Below are positions 18,467 through 27,351 of a stretch of 39,619 nucleotides of DNA, piece by piece. Position 1 is the first letter of the stretch. Every line of letters starts with the position of its first letter. The stretch is from the IMG/VR virus record IMGVR_UViG_3300027956_000020, positions 1-39,619 of that record; one strand, written 5' to 3'. The position numbers were made by a program, and so were the translations under genes. The notes below the pieces were generated by a model. That model did no database searches and was not told where the DNA came from. It was given only the letters and a program-made list of their open reading frames with translations. Source of the stretch: a virus (lineage: Duplodnaviria; Caudoviricetes).

Positions 18467-18669
18467 TTCAGGGTCATCCTACCAATGAGTTGTGCCAGCA
18501 CAACCAAAACCCCGAGGCCGCCAAACAGCTTCCATTGGAACTGCTTGAGGCCTTCAAGGGTGGCTTTTATTCCGTGGATGACGGAGACCATCCCGGCGTC
18601 TTTGTCACCGATGATGGTCTCCAGTCTCACGATACGTACCTCAAGGTTGTGTAGGCTCTCCTCCGGCAT
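18463..18669 (-). CDS. Coiled-coil protein with a C-terminal TM helix (XhlA-like lysis accessory), 68 aa
   Basis: ATG 18669 (MPEES); LEVRIVRLE...WKLFGGLGVLVVLAQLIG. Confidence 0.6.
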   Translation of the reverse strand: MPEESLHNLEVRIVRLETIIGDKDAGMVSVIHGIKATLEGLKQFQWKLFGGLGVLVVLAQLIGRMTLK

Positions 18670-18826
18670 TGGCGAGGGTGGGTTGGGATGCGGCCAGCAG
18701 AATCTTGTCCTGGAGCGGGATTCCGACGCGACCGTTTTGGCTTCCGCCGGCACGGATGGCGATCTCGATCAACTGGACGAGGTTCTGAGCTTCGGTTTGG
18801 TTGATTGTCAGCGTGATTTCGTTCAT
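18641..18826 (-). CDS. Small tail-fibre-associated protein, 61 aa
   Basis: ITLTI...EAQNLVQLIEIAIRAGG pattern often found after tail fibre genes. Confidence 0.6.
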   Translation of the reverse strand: MNEITLTINQTEAQNLVQLIEIAIRAGGSQNGRVGIPLQDKILLAASQPTLANAGGEPTQP

Positions 18827-18848
18827 GCGGCGTCAGCGTATGTCAGCG

Positions 18849-19229
18849 TCAAGCAGCTGGCAACTCTGGGGTAGACATATCAGGAGCGGGAGGCTCTGGC
18901 GGAACCACCGCCACCCACGGCAACGGCGGAGCGATGACCGGAGGGTTGATCTGGTCGTTGATCTGCGCGGTGACGTTCGCTTCGATGGCGGTCTTGTTGA
19001 CGCCATTGCTGAAGCACCAGCCAAGCACCTGCTGCTCGGTCAGATCCTCGTAAGGCGTGAACGAACCGCTGGGCGGCTGGAACGACGCGCTGCCGTAGCA
19101 GGTGCCGCTGTACTGATCCTGCGAGCCGTTGCACCTCCAGTCGGCGGTGATGACGACATCTGTGAGCGAGCCTTCGGTCGGCTTAACGAGAAGGCGTTCG
19201 ATGATCCAGTTGATGGAGATGGTGGTCAT
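18849..19229 (-). CDS. Tail-fibre assembly/chaperone-like protein, 126 aa
   Basis: W-x-I...DVV-x3-W...FTPYEDLTEQQVLGW...PLPW, a family seen downstream of tail fibres. Confidence 0.7.
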   Translation of the reverse strand: MTTISINWIIERLLVKPTEGSLTDVVITADWRCNGSQDQYSGTCYGSASFQPPSGSFTPYEDLTEQQVLGWCFSNGVNKTAIEANVTAQINDQINPPVIAPPLPWVAVVPPEPPAPDMSTPELPAA

Positions 19230-19240
19230 GGTAGTATGGA

Positions 19241-20284
19241 TTAGGCGTTAGCGATGGTGGTGACAGTGCCAGAGCTTCCACGGTACTTCAGCGCACCGGC
19301 TTCGACGTAGAGTTGGCCACCAGAGACGTTAGCTGTAGGAGCGGTGCCGTTGGCAATCTGGATTGTCTTGGCAGCGGTGGTTCCGGCAGTGGTAAGACCT
19401 ACGAGCAAGTTGCCTAGGACGTCGAGCGTCATCGCTTGGATGAAGGGGATGGCGTTGTTAGCTGATCCAGTAACAGCGATGTTCCATGTATGAACACCGT
19501 TTAGTTGTCGATATGAAGACGCGATATTTGATGAAATGTATTTGAATGCGCCATCAAAATAGACGTTTGCACCAATGAGTGTGTCAGACCCGCCAGCATA
19601 ACCAGCCAATGACGCAGTTCCAGATTGCAACCCTTTGTAAGTCGCCCACGCACTCGGCGTAACCCCCACGCCCAGCCCCGTGGAGTTCAGGGTCATTCGG
19701 GTGCCGCCTGCGCCGTCGAGCCAAGTCTGAACGTATGAAGAATTAATCCGATAAACGTCGTTGCTCGCTACTTTTAGCAGAATACCATCTCCGTTCAGAT
19801 TGTTGACAGTGAACCCAGCACCACTACCAGCGTCGTTCAACTGGGTTGAAATCGCATTGTCAGCGCGATTCAAGATCAACTTGTTACCACTACGCACCGT
19901 CAGATCGCCGGTGATGGTGGCGGAGCCAGTAACCGTCAGCAGGTTCGTGGTCTTATTCCACAGAAACTGCGGATCCCCTGCCAGCACCCCGCCATCATTG
20001 AAGATCACCTGCCCATTCGCACCAACCCCACCTGGGGCTGGCGGAGCGTACAGGAACTTCATCAGCTGGTTTGCGATGATCGACTCGATGTCGGACTTCG
20101 GCTGCGTAATGATCTGGTAGAACTCGTTCCACAGCTGTTGTGTGGTCAGGTTCGGGTTGAGCGGCGTGCCGGCGTTGGCGTTGGCCAAGGTTGCGGCGAC
20201 GACTGACCGGACGGCAGAGATGGAATCCAGGTTCAGCACCTGCTGCGCATCGGTCCTTAGGGTTTGAATTGCAGGGGTAGGCAT
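19241..20284 (-). CDS. Tail fibre protein, 347 aa
   Basis: [37 protein letters not shown] fibre repeats and C-terminal '[21 protein letters not shown]'. Confidence 0.8.
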   Translation of the reverse strand: MPTPAIQTLRTDAQQVLNLDSISAVRSVVAATLANANAGTPLNPNLTTQQLWNEFYQIITQPKSDIESIIANQLMKFLYAPPAPGGVGANGQVIFNDGGVLAGDPQFLWNKTTNLLTVTGSATITGDLTVRSGNKLILNRADNAISTQLNDAGSGAGFTVNNLNGDGILLKVASNDVYRINSSYVQTWLDGAGGTRMTLNSTGLGVGVTPSAWATYKGLQSGTASLAGYAGGSDTLIGANVYFDGAFKYISSNIASSYRQLNGVHTWNIAVTGSANNAIPFIQAMTLDVLGNLLVGLTTAGTTAAKTIQIANGTAPTANVSGGQLYVEAGALKYRGSSGTVTTIANA

Positions 20285-20287
20285 AGG

Positions 20288-20692
20288 TCAGACAAATTCA
20301 GCGAACGTGTAGGAGGGGGAACCGGCGGTTGCAGCGACGCTGATGGCGCCGATGTATCCGTCCAGCATTAAAGCGTCAGAGTGCTTATTCCCGGTGTTGT
20401 GAGCCGGAAGCACGATGTGGTAATTGGAAGTAGTGGCCCCGGTTCCGAACTTCACAAACAACTCTTCGTTTTTCTGGTTCTGGAGCGTGAACTTCCGGCG
20501 CAACGGGTTGGCCGCAGACGTCGCCGTCGCGGTCAGCAATCCGCCCGGGCTGGTCGTGGTTAACGGCGCACCTGGTGCAGCAGCCAAAATCTGGTTTAGC
20601 AAGGTCACCATGTAGGTGTCCTTGACGCCCGGCGACAGGCAGTCGAAGCACCCGCTGAGCGAGGCGATCTCCTGGGAAGTTAGGGCTGGCAT
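20288..20692 (-). CDS. Putative virion decoration protein, 134 aa
   Basis: ATG 20692 (MPALT); 'ANPLRRKFTLQN...LFVKFG' jelly-roll-like motif and an N-terminal CxxC. Confidence 0.55.
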   Translation of the reverse strand: MPALTSQEIASLSGCFDCLSPGVKDTYMVTLLNQILAAAPGAPLTTTSPGGLLTATATSAANPLRRKFTLQNQKNEELFVKFGTGATTSNYHIVLPAHNTGNKHSDALMLDGYIGAISVAATAGSPSYTFAEFV

Positions 20693-20693
20693 A

Positions 20694-20966
20694 TCAAGCT
20701 TCCTCCTCCATGTCTTCCATCTCCATCTCAGGACCTTCGGCCTCCATCTCTTCAACGTCCTGACGACCGGACTCACCCAGCGTGATGCCGTCGAATCCGA
20801 TGATCTCGATGGTTCCACGCGGCGTGGTGCGCCAGTCAACCATGGCAGTGCCAGACTCGCCTTCGAGGCGCAGTTCCTTGGGGGGTGTGAACTCGACAAC
20901 TTCGACTTCGGCGCCCATACGGCCCATGCCGTCCATCTTTCGTTTACCCATCATTTGTCCGTACAT
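20694..20966 (-). CDS. Small acidic Met/Glu-rich protein, 90 aa
   Basis: ATG 20966 preceded by AAGGAAAGGA. Confidence 0.6.
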   Translation of the reverse strand: MYGQMMGKRKMDGMGRMGAEVEVVEFTPPKELRLEGESGTAMVDWRTTPRGTIEIIGFDGITLGESGRQDVEEMEAEGPEMEMEDMEEEA

Positions 20967-21033
20967 CGTAAAATCCTTTCCTTGTTGAGAGGCTGCCAGC
21001 ATCCCGGACGCTCCGGGCGGCTGCCAGCACCTC

Positions 21034-21063
21034 AAAGGGGGACCCTCCCGAAGGAGAGTCCCC
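21034..21063 (-). terminator. Hairpin terminator/attenuator after the major capsid gene
   Basis: GGGGACTCTCC-TTCG-GGAGGGTCCCC followed by CTTT: C(UUCG)G tetraloop and a short U tract, so probably leaky. Confidence 0.7.
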
Positions 21064-21076
21064 GTTGATTGATTGC

Positions 21077-22660
21077 TTAGATCTCGAACTCCAGCGTGAC
21101 GTTGGTGCAGCTGCTGCCAGCCAGCTGGATGAGCGTGCCGGACACGACGGACCAGGTGCCCTGGCCAGCGCCGAACTCGGCATCCCAAGCGGCTTGCAAC
21201 GCGATAACCAGAGCGGCCGGAGTGGCGGAACTGATGCCGGCATTCGCGACGATGTTGTCGTCGCACATGATGCCAGTGGTTCCGATGACGTAGCGAGCCG
21301 GGTCGGCATCGTTGATGACAGCGGTGAACTGGATGACGCTCGGGCAGACAGGATCCGCCGAGTTGTAATCCTGCGCCGGATTTCCGGGGTCAGCCTCGCA
21401 AACCGGGATGATTTCGATGCATCCACGATCAACCTTGTGGAAGATCGCCTCAAGCCACTCCGGATGCTCAGGCTTCACGGCCAACTGGAAGTCAGCAATG
21501 AACTTGCCCTTGTTGCCGCGACTGTTGTCGATCGGCTTGCCAGCACAGTCCGCGCCCAAGTCGTTGGTCGCGAACTTCCAACGCCCACCGTAATCCCGAA
21601 CCATAAACGGCATATTCGGGTTCACAGCCTCGGGACGGAACGGCATCACGCGCAGAGCGCGAGGGTTGTTGATGTAGCTGATCTGGTACTGGGCCTTGTC
21701 GTAGTCTTCGTTGAAGACAGACTTGATGCCCTCGGTGGCAGCCACATTCTTGTACGGCAGCACTAGCGTGTAGTTGCCCGGGGTCGCCGTCGCGTTGAAG
21801 CGCAACGGGAACTGGAGCACCTTCACCATGAAGTCGCCGACGTAACCCATGAAGCCGTACTTGTAGAACTCCTTGGCGGCCGGGGCGAAAACGCCGAAGC
21901 GCCAAGCATCGTACAAGGTAGCGTTGGTCTTCGACAGATACCGGAAGGTATCCTTGTCGGTGTGCAGCTGGAGGGAATCATATCCGTCCTTGCCGGCCTG
22001 GATGGCGCCCAGGAAATACTGCCGAGTCACGCGGGACTGGAGGATCTCCGGGGTCAAGCGACCCAGCGAAGCGGCGGTGATCGCAGCAGCGGCGTTGTCG
22101 GTGACACGCAGGACGCTGTATCCAGTACCAACCCAGGAGAAGTTGATCGGGGGCAGGCCAGCGGCGCAGGCGAAGGCGTTACCGCCCAGCAGCGAGCTAG
22201 ACAGTTCAGCGGCCTTGCGCTGGAGGTAGTACGTGGTGATCCAGTTCGTGGCCGGACGCAACACGTCGTCGATGATCTGACGGAAGTGCTCCTTGGCCTT
22301 CGTCTTCGTCATAATCTGGTCGAAGCACAGGATGTCAGAACCCCATGACTGCTTCTCCAGCGAGTATTCGTTGCGGCTCCAGCCCCAACCGATCTTGTTC
22401 TCGGTAGGGTCGCACGGCTGACCGGTACAGGCCGCACCGGTCGGATTCTCCCAGGCGCCAGTCACGTTCGGGAACACGCTGTTGAAGCGGTCGAAACGAT
22501 GGGTGGTGCCGGAATACGCGTCGAACGATCCGGTGTTGTAGTATCCGATCATCCCGTCAAACGGGCGGATATCCTTGAGGACTTCCTTGTCGTACACAGG
22601 TTCCTGCGAGACGAGGAAGGAAGCAAACTGCTTACAGCTGATTACATTTCCACTGGCCAT
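21077..22660 (-). CDS. Major capsid protein (probable C-terminal extension), 527 aa
   Basis: Own promoter, structured leader, SD-like GGAG and a downstream terminator; size and composition fit an HK97-fold capsid; no other candidate in the window. Confidence 0.7.
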   Translation of the reverse strand: MASGNVISCKQFASFLVSQEPVYDKEVLKDIRPFDGMIGYYNTGSFDAYSGTTHRFDRFNSVFPNVTGAWENPTGAACTGQPCDPTENKIGWGWSRNEYSLEKQSWGSDILCFDQIMTKTKAKEHFRQIIDDVLRPATNWITTYYLQRKAAELSSSLLGGNAFACAAGLPPINFSWVGTGYSVLRVTDNAAAAITAASLGRLTPEILQSRVTRQYFLGAIQAGKDGYDSLQLHTDKDTFRYLSKTNATLYDAWRFGVFAPAAKEFYKYGFMGYVGDFMVKVLQFPLRFNATATPGNYTLVLPYKNVAATEGIKSVFNEDYDKAQYQISYINNPRALRVMPFRPEAVNPNMPFMVRDYGGRWKFATNDLGADCAGKPIDNSRGNKGKFIADFQLAVKPEHPEWLEAIFHKVDRGCIEIIPVCEADPGNPAQDYNSADPVCPSVIQFTAVINDADPARYVIGTTGIMCDDNIVANAGISSATPAALVIALQAAWDAEFGAGQGTWSVVSGTLIQLAGSSCTNVTLEFEI

Positions 22661-22860
22661 ATTGGCTCTCCTGCCTCGGGGTTTACTTCACCTACCCCTC
22701 CGAGACAACGAGGCAGATTGCAGGTCTGTTAAGACCATCAATCCAACCTCGGTGGCGAGTCCGAGCCGTGGAACCGGCGAACGCCCTTCGGCGCTCTTGG
22801 CCAACTGGAATAACGCGCCCAGTTCGCGCCCGGTTGACGAAACCAGGCTATGCGTCGTGC
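22661..22860 (-). promoter_or_regulatory. Structured ~200-nt 5' leader of the capsid gene
   Basis: Six inverted repeats: 22671-22716, 22723-22736, 22748-22765, 22779-22796, 22803-22824, 22828-22848. Confidence 0.55.
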
Positions 22861-22864
22861 GGGA

Positions 22865-22893
22865 ATCGTGCTAGCGGCTCTTCCGAGTGTCAA
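22865..22893 (-). promoter_or_regulatory. Sigma70-type promoter for the capsid operon
   Basis: TTGACA (22893-22888)-N17-CACGAT (22870-22865). Confidence 0.6.
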
Positions 22894-23065
22894 CGCGTTT
22901 CTTGGAGGACTCGATCGCACGATCATGCTCGCACCGCAAGACATGGTCCTCGATCGCAATGATCAGCACCGCAGTTTTCGTCCGGCGGGCTCGAATCGCC
23001 TCATCTTCCAGCATCTGGGCCACCTCAATCGGCAACCGGTAGCTCACTCGAATCGTGTTACTCAT
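22871..23065 (-). CDS. Ribbon-helix-helix DNA-binding protein, 64 aa
   Basis: ATG 23065; IRVSYRLP-x6-LEDEA...RTKTAVLIIAIEDH fits the RHH pattern. Confidence 0.7.
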   Translation of the reverse strand: MSNTIRVSYRLPIEVAQMLEDEAIRARRTKTAVLIIAIEDHVLRCEHDRAIESSKKRVDTRKSR

Positions 23066-23072
23066 GCCGGCG

Positions 23073-23117
23073 AGTGTGCAGCTTGTGCTTGACACGTCAA
23101 GCCGCAGAACGCAGCCT
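23073..23117. promoter_or_regulatory. Divergent overlapping promoters centred on the palindrome GCTTGAC-AC-GTCAAGC
   Basis: Plus: TTGACA (23089)-N17-CAGCCT before the helicase. Minus: TTGACG (23100)-N16-CACACT before the RHH gene. Confidence 0.5.
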
Positions 23118-23127
23118 GCGGCTCACG

Positions 23128-24510
23128 ATGGAACTGCGCCCCTACCAAAACCAGCTTGCTCAGGATATCCGCTCTGCGTTCGGGTCCGGCGCCAAACGGC
23201 CGCTGGCGGTGAGCCCCACTGGATCCGGCAAGACAGTCCTCTTCAGTTACATCACCTCGCAGGTCCTGCAACGCGGATCCCGGGTGATTATCGTGGCGCA
23301 TCGGAAGGAAATCCTTGAGCAGATCGGCGCCACACTGAAGCGCGTCAACGTGCCGCACGGATTCATCCAGTCCGGAAAATTCATGGCTCAACAATCTGCC
23401 ATGGTCGCCTCGATCCAGACGCTCGCCCGCCGGTTCGACAAAGTCCCCGAACCCGACCTGGTCATCATCGACGAAGCGCATCACGCGGTCTCGAAGTCCT
23501 ACATCGAAATGTTCGCGACCTGGCCGAAAGCCAAGTTCATCGGCGTCACGGCGACCCCAGAGCGTCTCGACGGCAAAGGTCTCGGTGCCGTGTTCGATCG
23601 CATGGTCATGGGGCCTACCGTGGGCTGGCTCATCGACAACGGATTCCTTGCCCGGCCGGTCTACTACGCTCCCCGGGAGGCTGTGGATCTCTCAAGCGTC
23701 TCGAAGCTCGCCGGCGATTACAATCTCGGTGAGGCGGCCGAGGTAATCGACACCCCAAAAATAACCGGCGACGCGGTAACGCACTACCGGCGCTTTTGCC
23801 CAAACCAGCGGGCGGTGGCCTTCTGCATCTCCGTCGCTCACTCGCAGCACGTTGCGGCACAGTTTGAAGCCGCTGGCGTCCCGGCAGCGTCGATCGACGG
23901 CCAGCTGGATCAGGAAACCCGCAAGAAGCGCGTGGAAGACCTGACGGCCGGCCGGATCCTGGTTCTGACCAGCTGCGAGTTGATCTCCGAGGGGTTCGAT
24001 CTCCCCACGGTCAACGCGGCTATTCTTCTTCGGCCCACTCATTCGTTGTCCATGCACTTGCAGCAGCTGGGTCGTGCTCTCAGACCCTACCCCGGCAAGA
24101 CTCACGCTGTCATCCTCGACCACGTAGGAAACTGCCTGCGTCACGGCTTGGCCGAGCAGGACCGCGACTGGGACCTCGAAGGGCGCGAGAAGCGCAAGGC
24201 CAAATCCAAGCCGGTCGAAACCAAGCAGTGTTCGAAGTGCTTCGCAATCTTTGCCGGCACCGCCTGCCCGCAGTGCGGATCAGAACGCGAGATCTCTCCT
24301 CGTGAGATCGACGAAGTCGATGGCGAGCTTCAGCGCCTGTCCATCGAGGACATCGCCAAGAAGCGCGACGAACGCCGCGAGGAAGGAATGTGTCGGACTC
24401 TGGAAGATTTCCGTGCCCTTGCCGCACGGCGTGGCTACAAACCGGGATGGGCTTTCTTCCGCTGGAAAGCTCGCTCCCGCAAGACCAGTCTACTTACCTC
24501 CATCCTGTGA
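23128..24510 (+). CDS. SF2 DEAH-box helicase with C-terminal Zn ribbon, 460 aa
   Basis: ELRPYQ Q-motif, PTGSGKT, IIDEAHH, TATP, EGFDLP, QQLGRALR; CSKC...CPQC. Confidence 0.95.
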   Translation: MELRPYQNQLAQDIRSAFGSGAKRPLAVSPTGSGKTVLFSYITSQVLQRGSRVIIVAHRKEILEQIGATLKRVNVPHGFIQSGKFMAQQSAMVASIQTLARRFDKVPEPDLVIIDEAHHAVSKSYIEMFATWPKAKFIGVTATPERLDGKGLGAVFDRMVMGPTVGWLIDNGFLARPVYYAPREAVDLSSVSKLAGDYNLGEAAEVIDTPKITGDAVTHYRRFCPNQRAVAFCISVAHSQHVAAQFEAAGVPAASIDGQLDQETRKKRVEDLTAGRILVLTSCELISEGFDLPTVNAAILLRPTHSLSMHLQQLGRALRPYPGKTHAVILDHVGNCLRHGLAEQDRDWDLEGREKRKAKSKPVETKQCSKCFAIFAGTACPQCGSEREISPREIDEVDGELQRLSIEDIAKKRDERREEGMCRTLEDFRALAARRGYKPGWAFFRWKARSRKTSLLTSIL

Positions 24511-24878
24511 CCGAATCCGAACTCCAAGCTCTCATCCTCCGCGCCGCTGGTTCCAAGCCCCACGTCCGCGTGTTCCGCAACCAGGTCGGCGAGGGATACG
24601 TCGGCAAGGCCCTGCGCGATCCTGAAGGCGTCTTCCTGATGGACGCCCGTCATGTCCGTATGGGCCTGTTTCCCGGGTCCGGCGACCTCATCGGCTGGCG
24701 CACCCTGACCGTTACACCCGACATGGTCGGCAAGCCGATCGCCCAATTCATCTCCATCGAAGTCAAGACCCCCACCGGCAAGGTCCGGCCAGACCAGATC
24801 AACTGGCTCGACCAGATCAACGCCGCCGGCGGACTCGCCATCATCGCCCGCTCAATCTCCGACACCGACAACCTGTGA
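24507..24878 (+). CDS. VRR-NUC (PD-(D/E)XK) nuclease, 123 aa
   Basis: GTG 24507 (GTGA overlap); TESELQ...FRNQVG...PGSGDLIG...IEVKTPTGKVRPDQ..W...GG. Confidence 0.9.
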   Translation: MTESELQALILRAAGSKPHVRVFRNQVGEGYVGKALRDPEGVFLMDARHVRMGLFPGSGDLIGWRTLTVTPDMVGKPIAQFISIEVKTPTGKVRPDQINWLDQINAAGGLAIIARSISDTDNL

Positions 24879-25075
24879 ACGATACCCCATTACCATCACC
24901 AGCAATCCTCACCCAGATGGCCACCCAGACCGCCCCCAAGCACCTCTCCCCCGAGGCTACCTACCGCTTCTACGAGCGTCTCGGCATGATCTGCGGCAGC
25001 AACCCGCCCACACCTGAACAACTCCAGACGGCCCTCCTTGAGGCCAACGAATACGACCTGAACTCCGAGGACTGA
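24875..25075 (+). CDS. Hypothetical protein, 66 aa
   Basis: GTGA overlap with the nuclease gene; 'FYERLGMI' motif seen near phage primases. Confidence 0.55.
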   Translation: MNDTPLPSPAILTQMATQTAPKHLSPEATYRFYERLGMICGSNPPTPEQLQTALLEANEYDLNSED

Positions 25076-25104
25076 CACCTCCTCACAACCCCCTACAAGC
25101 ACCC

Positions 25105-27318
25105 ATGGAACTCCACGAACTCGCGGACGCACTCGCTGTCCGCGTTGAAGAACTCTGCACGCAACTCCTCCCCGCTGGCCGCCGCATCGGCACCCAGTGG
25201 ATCGTCGGCAACGTTTTCGGCGACGCCGGCGACTCTCTGTACGTCGAACTCCAAGGCCCTAAGCAGGGTCTCTGGTACGACCACGCCGCTGGTGAGGGCG
25301 GCGATCTCCTGGCCCTCGTCGCCCAGAACCAAACCCTCCCCATCGGCCGGGCAGCCGCCTGGGCTCGCCAATTCCTCGGCATCCGCGACGATTACCAGCC
25401 CACCCAGCGCTCGTTCGATCCCCTCAAGCACGGCCACCGCACCGACGCCTCCCAGCCGTACCGCTACGGCACCGCCGCCTGGCCCTACCACAACCCGGAC
25501 GGAACTATCCACGCCTACGTCGTCCGGTTCGACCTCCCGGACGGCTCCAAGGACGTCCGCCCCCTCCGGCTCCTCCCGCCCGAAAACCAACTCCCCGACC
25601 CGCTCAACCCCCGTCACTGGCGCTGGAAGGGCTGGCCCAACCCCGACCCGGTCCCTCTCTTTAACCTCCACCTCCTCACCCGGCGCCCGAACGACCCGGT
25701 CCTCATCGTAGAGGGCGAGAAAACCGCTGTCGCCGCTTCCAAGCTCTTCCCGTCCCACGTCGTCATCACCTGGCAGGGCGGCTCCAAGCGGGTTGGCCGT
25801 GCGGTCCTCGATCCCCTGCTGGATCGCACCACCCCGATTATCCTGTGGCCCGACCACGACAAACCCGGCCGGGACGCCATGGTTTACCTGAAAGCCCGCC
25901 TGCCAGCCGCCCGCGTCGTCACCCTCCCGTCCTCCCTCCCCGACGGCTGGGACCTCGCTGACCCCATCCCTCCTGACGTCTCCATCCAGGGCCTCCTCGA
26001 CGCTGCTGGCGATCTCCCGCGCCCGGTTCCCGCTCAACCGGCGCCCGCATCTCAAAACCCGCTCGACGACCTCCATTACGATCCGAACTCCGGCCAGTGG
26101 TGGACCCGCAACGCCTGGGGCGATTACGCCCAGATCAACGGTGAGCGCGTCCGTACCCTCTTCACTGAATCCGGCGTCTCCCCCACCAAGGACCAGACCA
26201 GCGCCTCCGACGTGGACCGCGAACTCCTCCGCCGCACTCGGGACACCCGGATCCGCTATGCCGGCTCCGTCGCTGGTCACCGCGCCGGTCTCTACGGCAA
26301 CATCCTGGTCACCGAATCCGTCGCTCCCCTCCCCGCTGTCCCCGGCGACTCCGCCCGCATCCAGACCTACCTCCACAACCTCCTCGACCAGAACGACGAC
26401 CAATACTGGCGCCTCATCTTCTGGCTCGCCCTCCGCCGCCGCGCCGTACTCACCAACACCTGGAGAGCTTCGCAAGCCCTCGCCCTCGTCGGCCCCGCTG
26501 CGTGCGGCAAGTCCTTCGTGCAGGCTGCCGTCATCACCCGGCTCCTCGGCGGCCGCATTGCCAAGCCATACCGTTACATGAGTGGCGCCACCGAGTTCAA
26601 CGGCGACCTCTTCGCCTCCGAACACCTCTGCATCTCCGATGAGGCACCAGGCCGCGATATCCACTCCCGGCGCTCCCTGGGCTCGCACATCAAATCCATG
26701 CTGTTCGACATCGACCAGTCCTGCCACCCCAAGAACCGCCAAGCCGTCACCCTGCGCCCCATCTGGGCCATGTCCATCTCCCTCAACGACGAGCCCGAGA
26801 ACCTCCAGGTCCTCCCGCCACTCGACCCATCCCTGATGGACAAGCTCATCATCCTGCGCTGCGTCCGCCATCAACTCCCCTGGCCCGGCCCCGAAATCGA
26901 AGTCCTCCGCAACATCATCGACACCGAACTCTCCGCCTTCGCCCACTACCTCGACGGCCTTACCGTCCCCGAACACCTCGTCGAACCCCGCTGCGGCCTG
27001 AAATCCTACCAGCACCCAGCCATCCTCGAAGAACTCATGCAGCTGTCGCCCGAGCACCAACTCATCGGCCTCATCGACACCGTGATCTTCGAGAACGAAT
27101 TCCTCACCTGGCGAGGCACCGCTGCCGACCTCGAAACCATCCTCCGCGACTCCAAGTACTCCCGCGAGGCCGACCGCCTCTTCCGCTTCAATACCGCCTG
27201 TGGCGTCTACTTAGCGCGACTGCATGAGCAGGATCCCCATCGAATCCGGAAGACCAAGACCAACGGGAAGGTGAAGTGGGCAATCTCGCCGCCTCAAAAA
27301 TCCGCAGCCTTGGATTGA
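25105..27318 (+). CDS. DNA primase-helicase (TOPRIM + P-loop NTPase), 737 aa
   Basis: WYDHAAGEGGDLL N-domain; TOPRIM VLIVEGEKTA...LWPDHDKPG...GWDLAD; Walker A GPAACGKS, FNG, Walker B CISDE. Confidence 0.9.
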   Translation: MELHELADALAVRVEELCTQLLPAGRRIGTQWIVGNVFGDAGDSLYVELQGPKQGLWYDHAAGEGGDLLALVAQNQTLPIGRAAAWARQFLGIRDDYQPTQRSFDPLKHGHRTDASQPYRYGTAAWPYHNPDGTIHAYVVRFDLPDGSKDVRPLRLLPPENQLPDPLNPRHWRWKGWPNPDPVPLFNLHLLTRRPNDPVLIVEGEKTAVAASKLFPSHVVITWQGGSKRVGRAVLDPLLDRTTPIILWPDHDKPGRDAMVYLKARLPAARVVTLPSSLPDGWDLADPIPPDVSIQGLLDAAGDLPRPVPAQPAPASQNPLDDLHYDPNSGQWWTRNAWGDYAQINGERVRTLFTESGVSPTKDQTSASDVDRELLRRTRDTRIRYAGSVAGHRAGLYGNILVTESVAPLPAVPGDSARIQTYLHNLLDQNDDQYWRLIFWLALRRRAVLTNTWRASQALALVGPAACGKSFVQAAVITRLLGGRIAKPYRYMSGATEFNGDLFASEHLCISDEAPGRDIHSRRSLGSHIKSMLFDIDQSCHPKNRQAVTLRPIWAMSISLNDEPENLQVLPPLDPSLMDKLIILRCVRHQLPWPGPEIEVLRNIIDTELSAFAHYLDGLTVPEHLVEPRCGLKSYQHPAILEELMQLSPEHQLIGLIDTVIFENEFLTWRGTAADLETILRDSKYSREADRLFRFNTACGVYLARLHEQDPHRIRKTKTNGKVKWAISPPQKSAALD

Positions 27319-27343
27319 CGTAATCGCATCAACGCGCCATCGT
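27315..27343 (+). promoter_or_regulatory. Candidate promoter (near-leaderless transcript)
   Basis: TTGACG-N17-CATCGT, ending 8 nt before ATG 27352. Confidence 0.45.
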
Positions 27344-27351
27344 TCTGTCGC

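Noticed and set aside
19241-20284. DGR target in the tail fibre
   Set aside because: No reverse transcriptase and no template/variable repeat pair differing at adenines was seen.
25093-27060. 655-aa antisense ORF opposite the primase
   Set aside because: Shadow of the extreme C-ending codon bias; low-complexity G/V/E sequence with no motifs.
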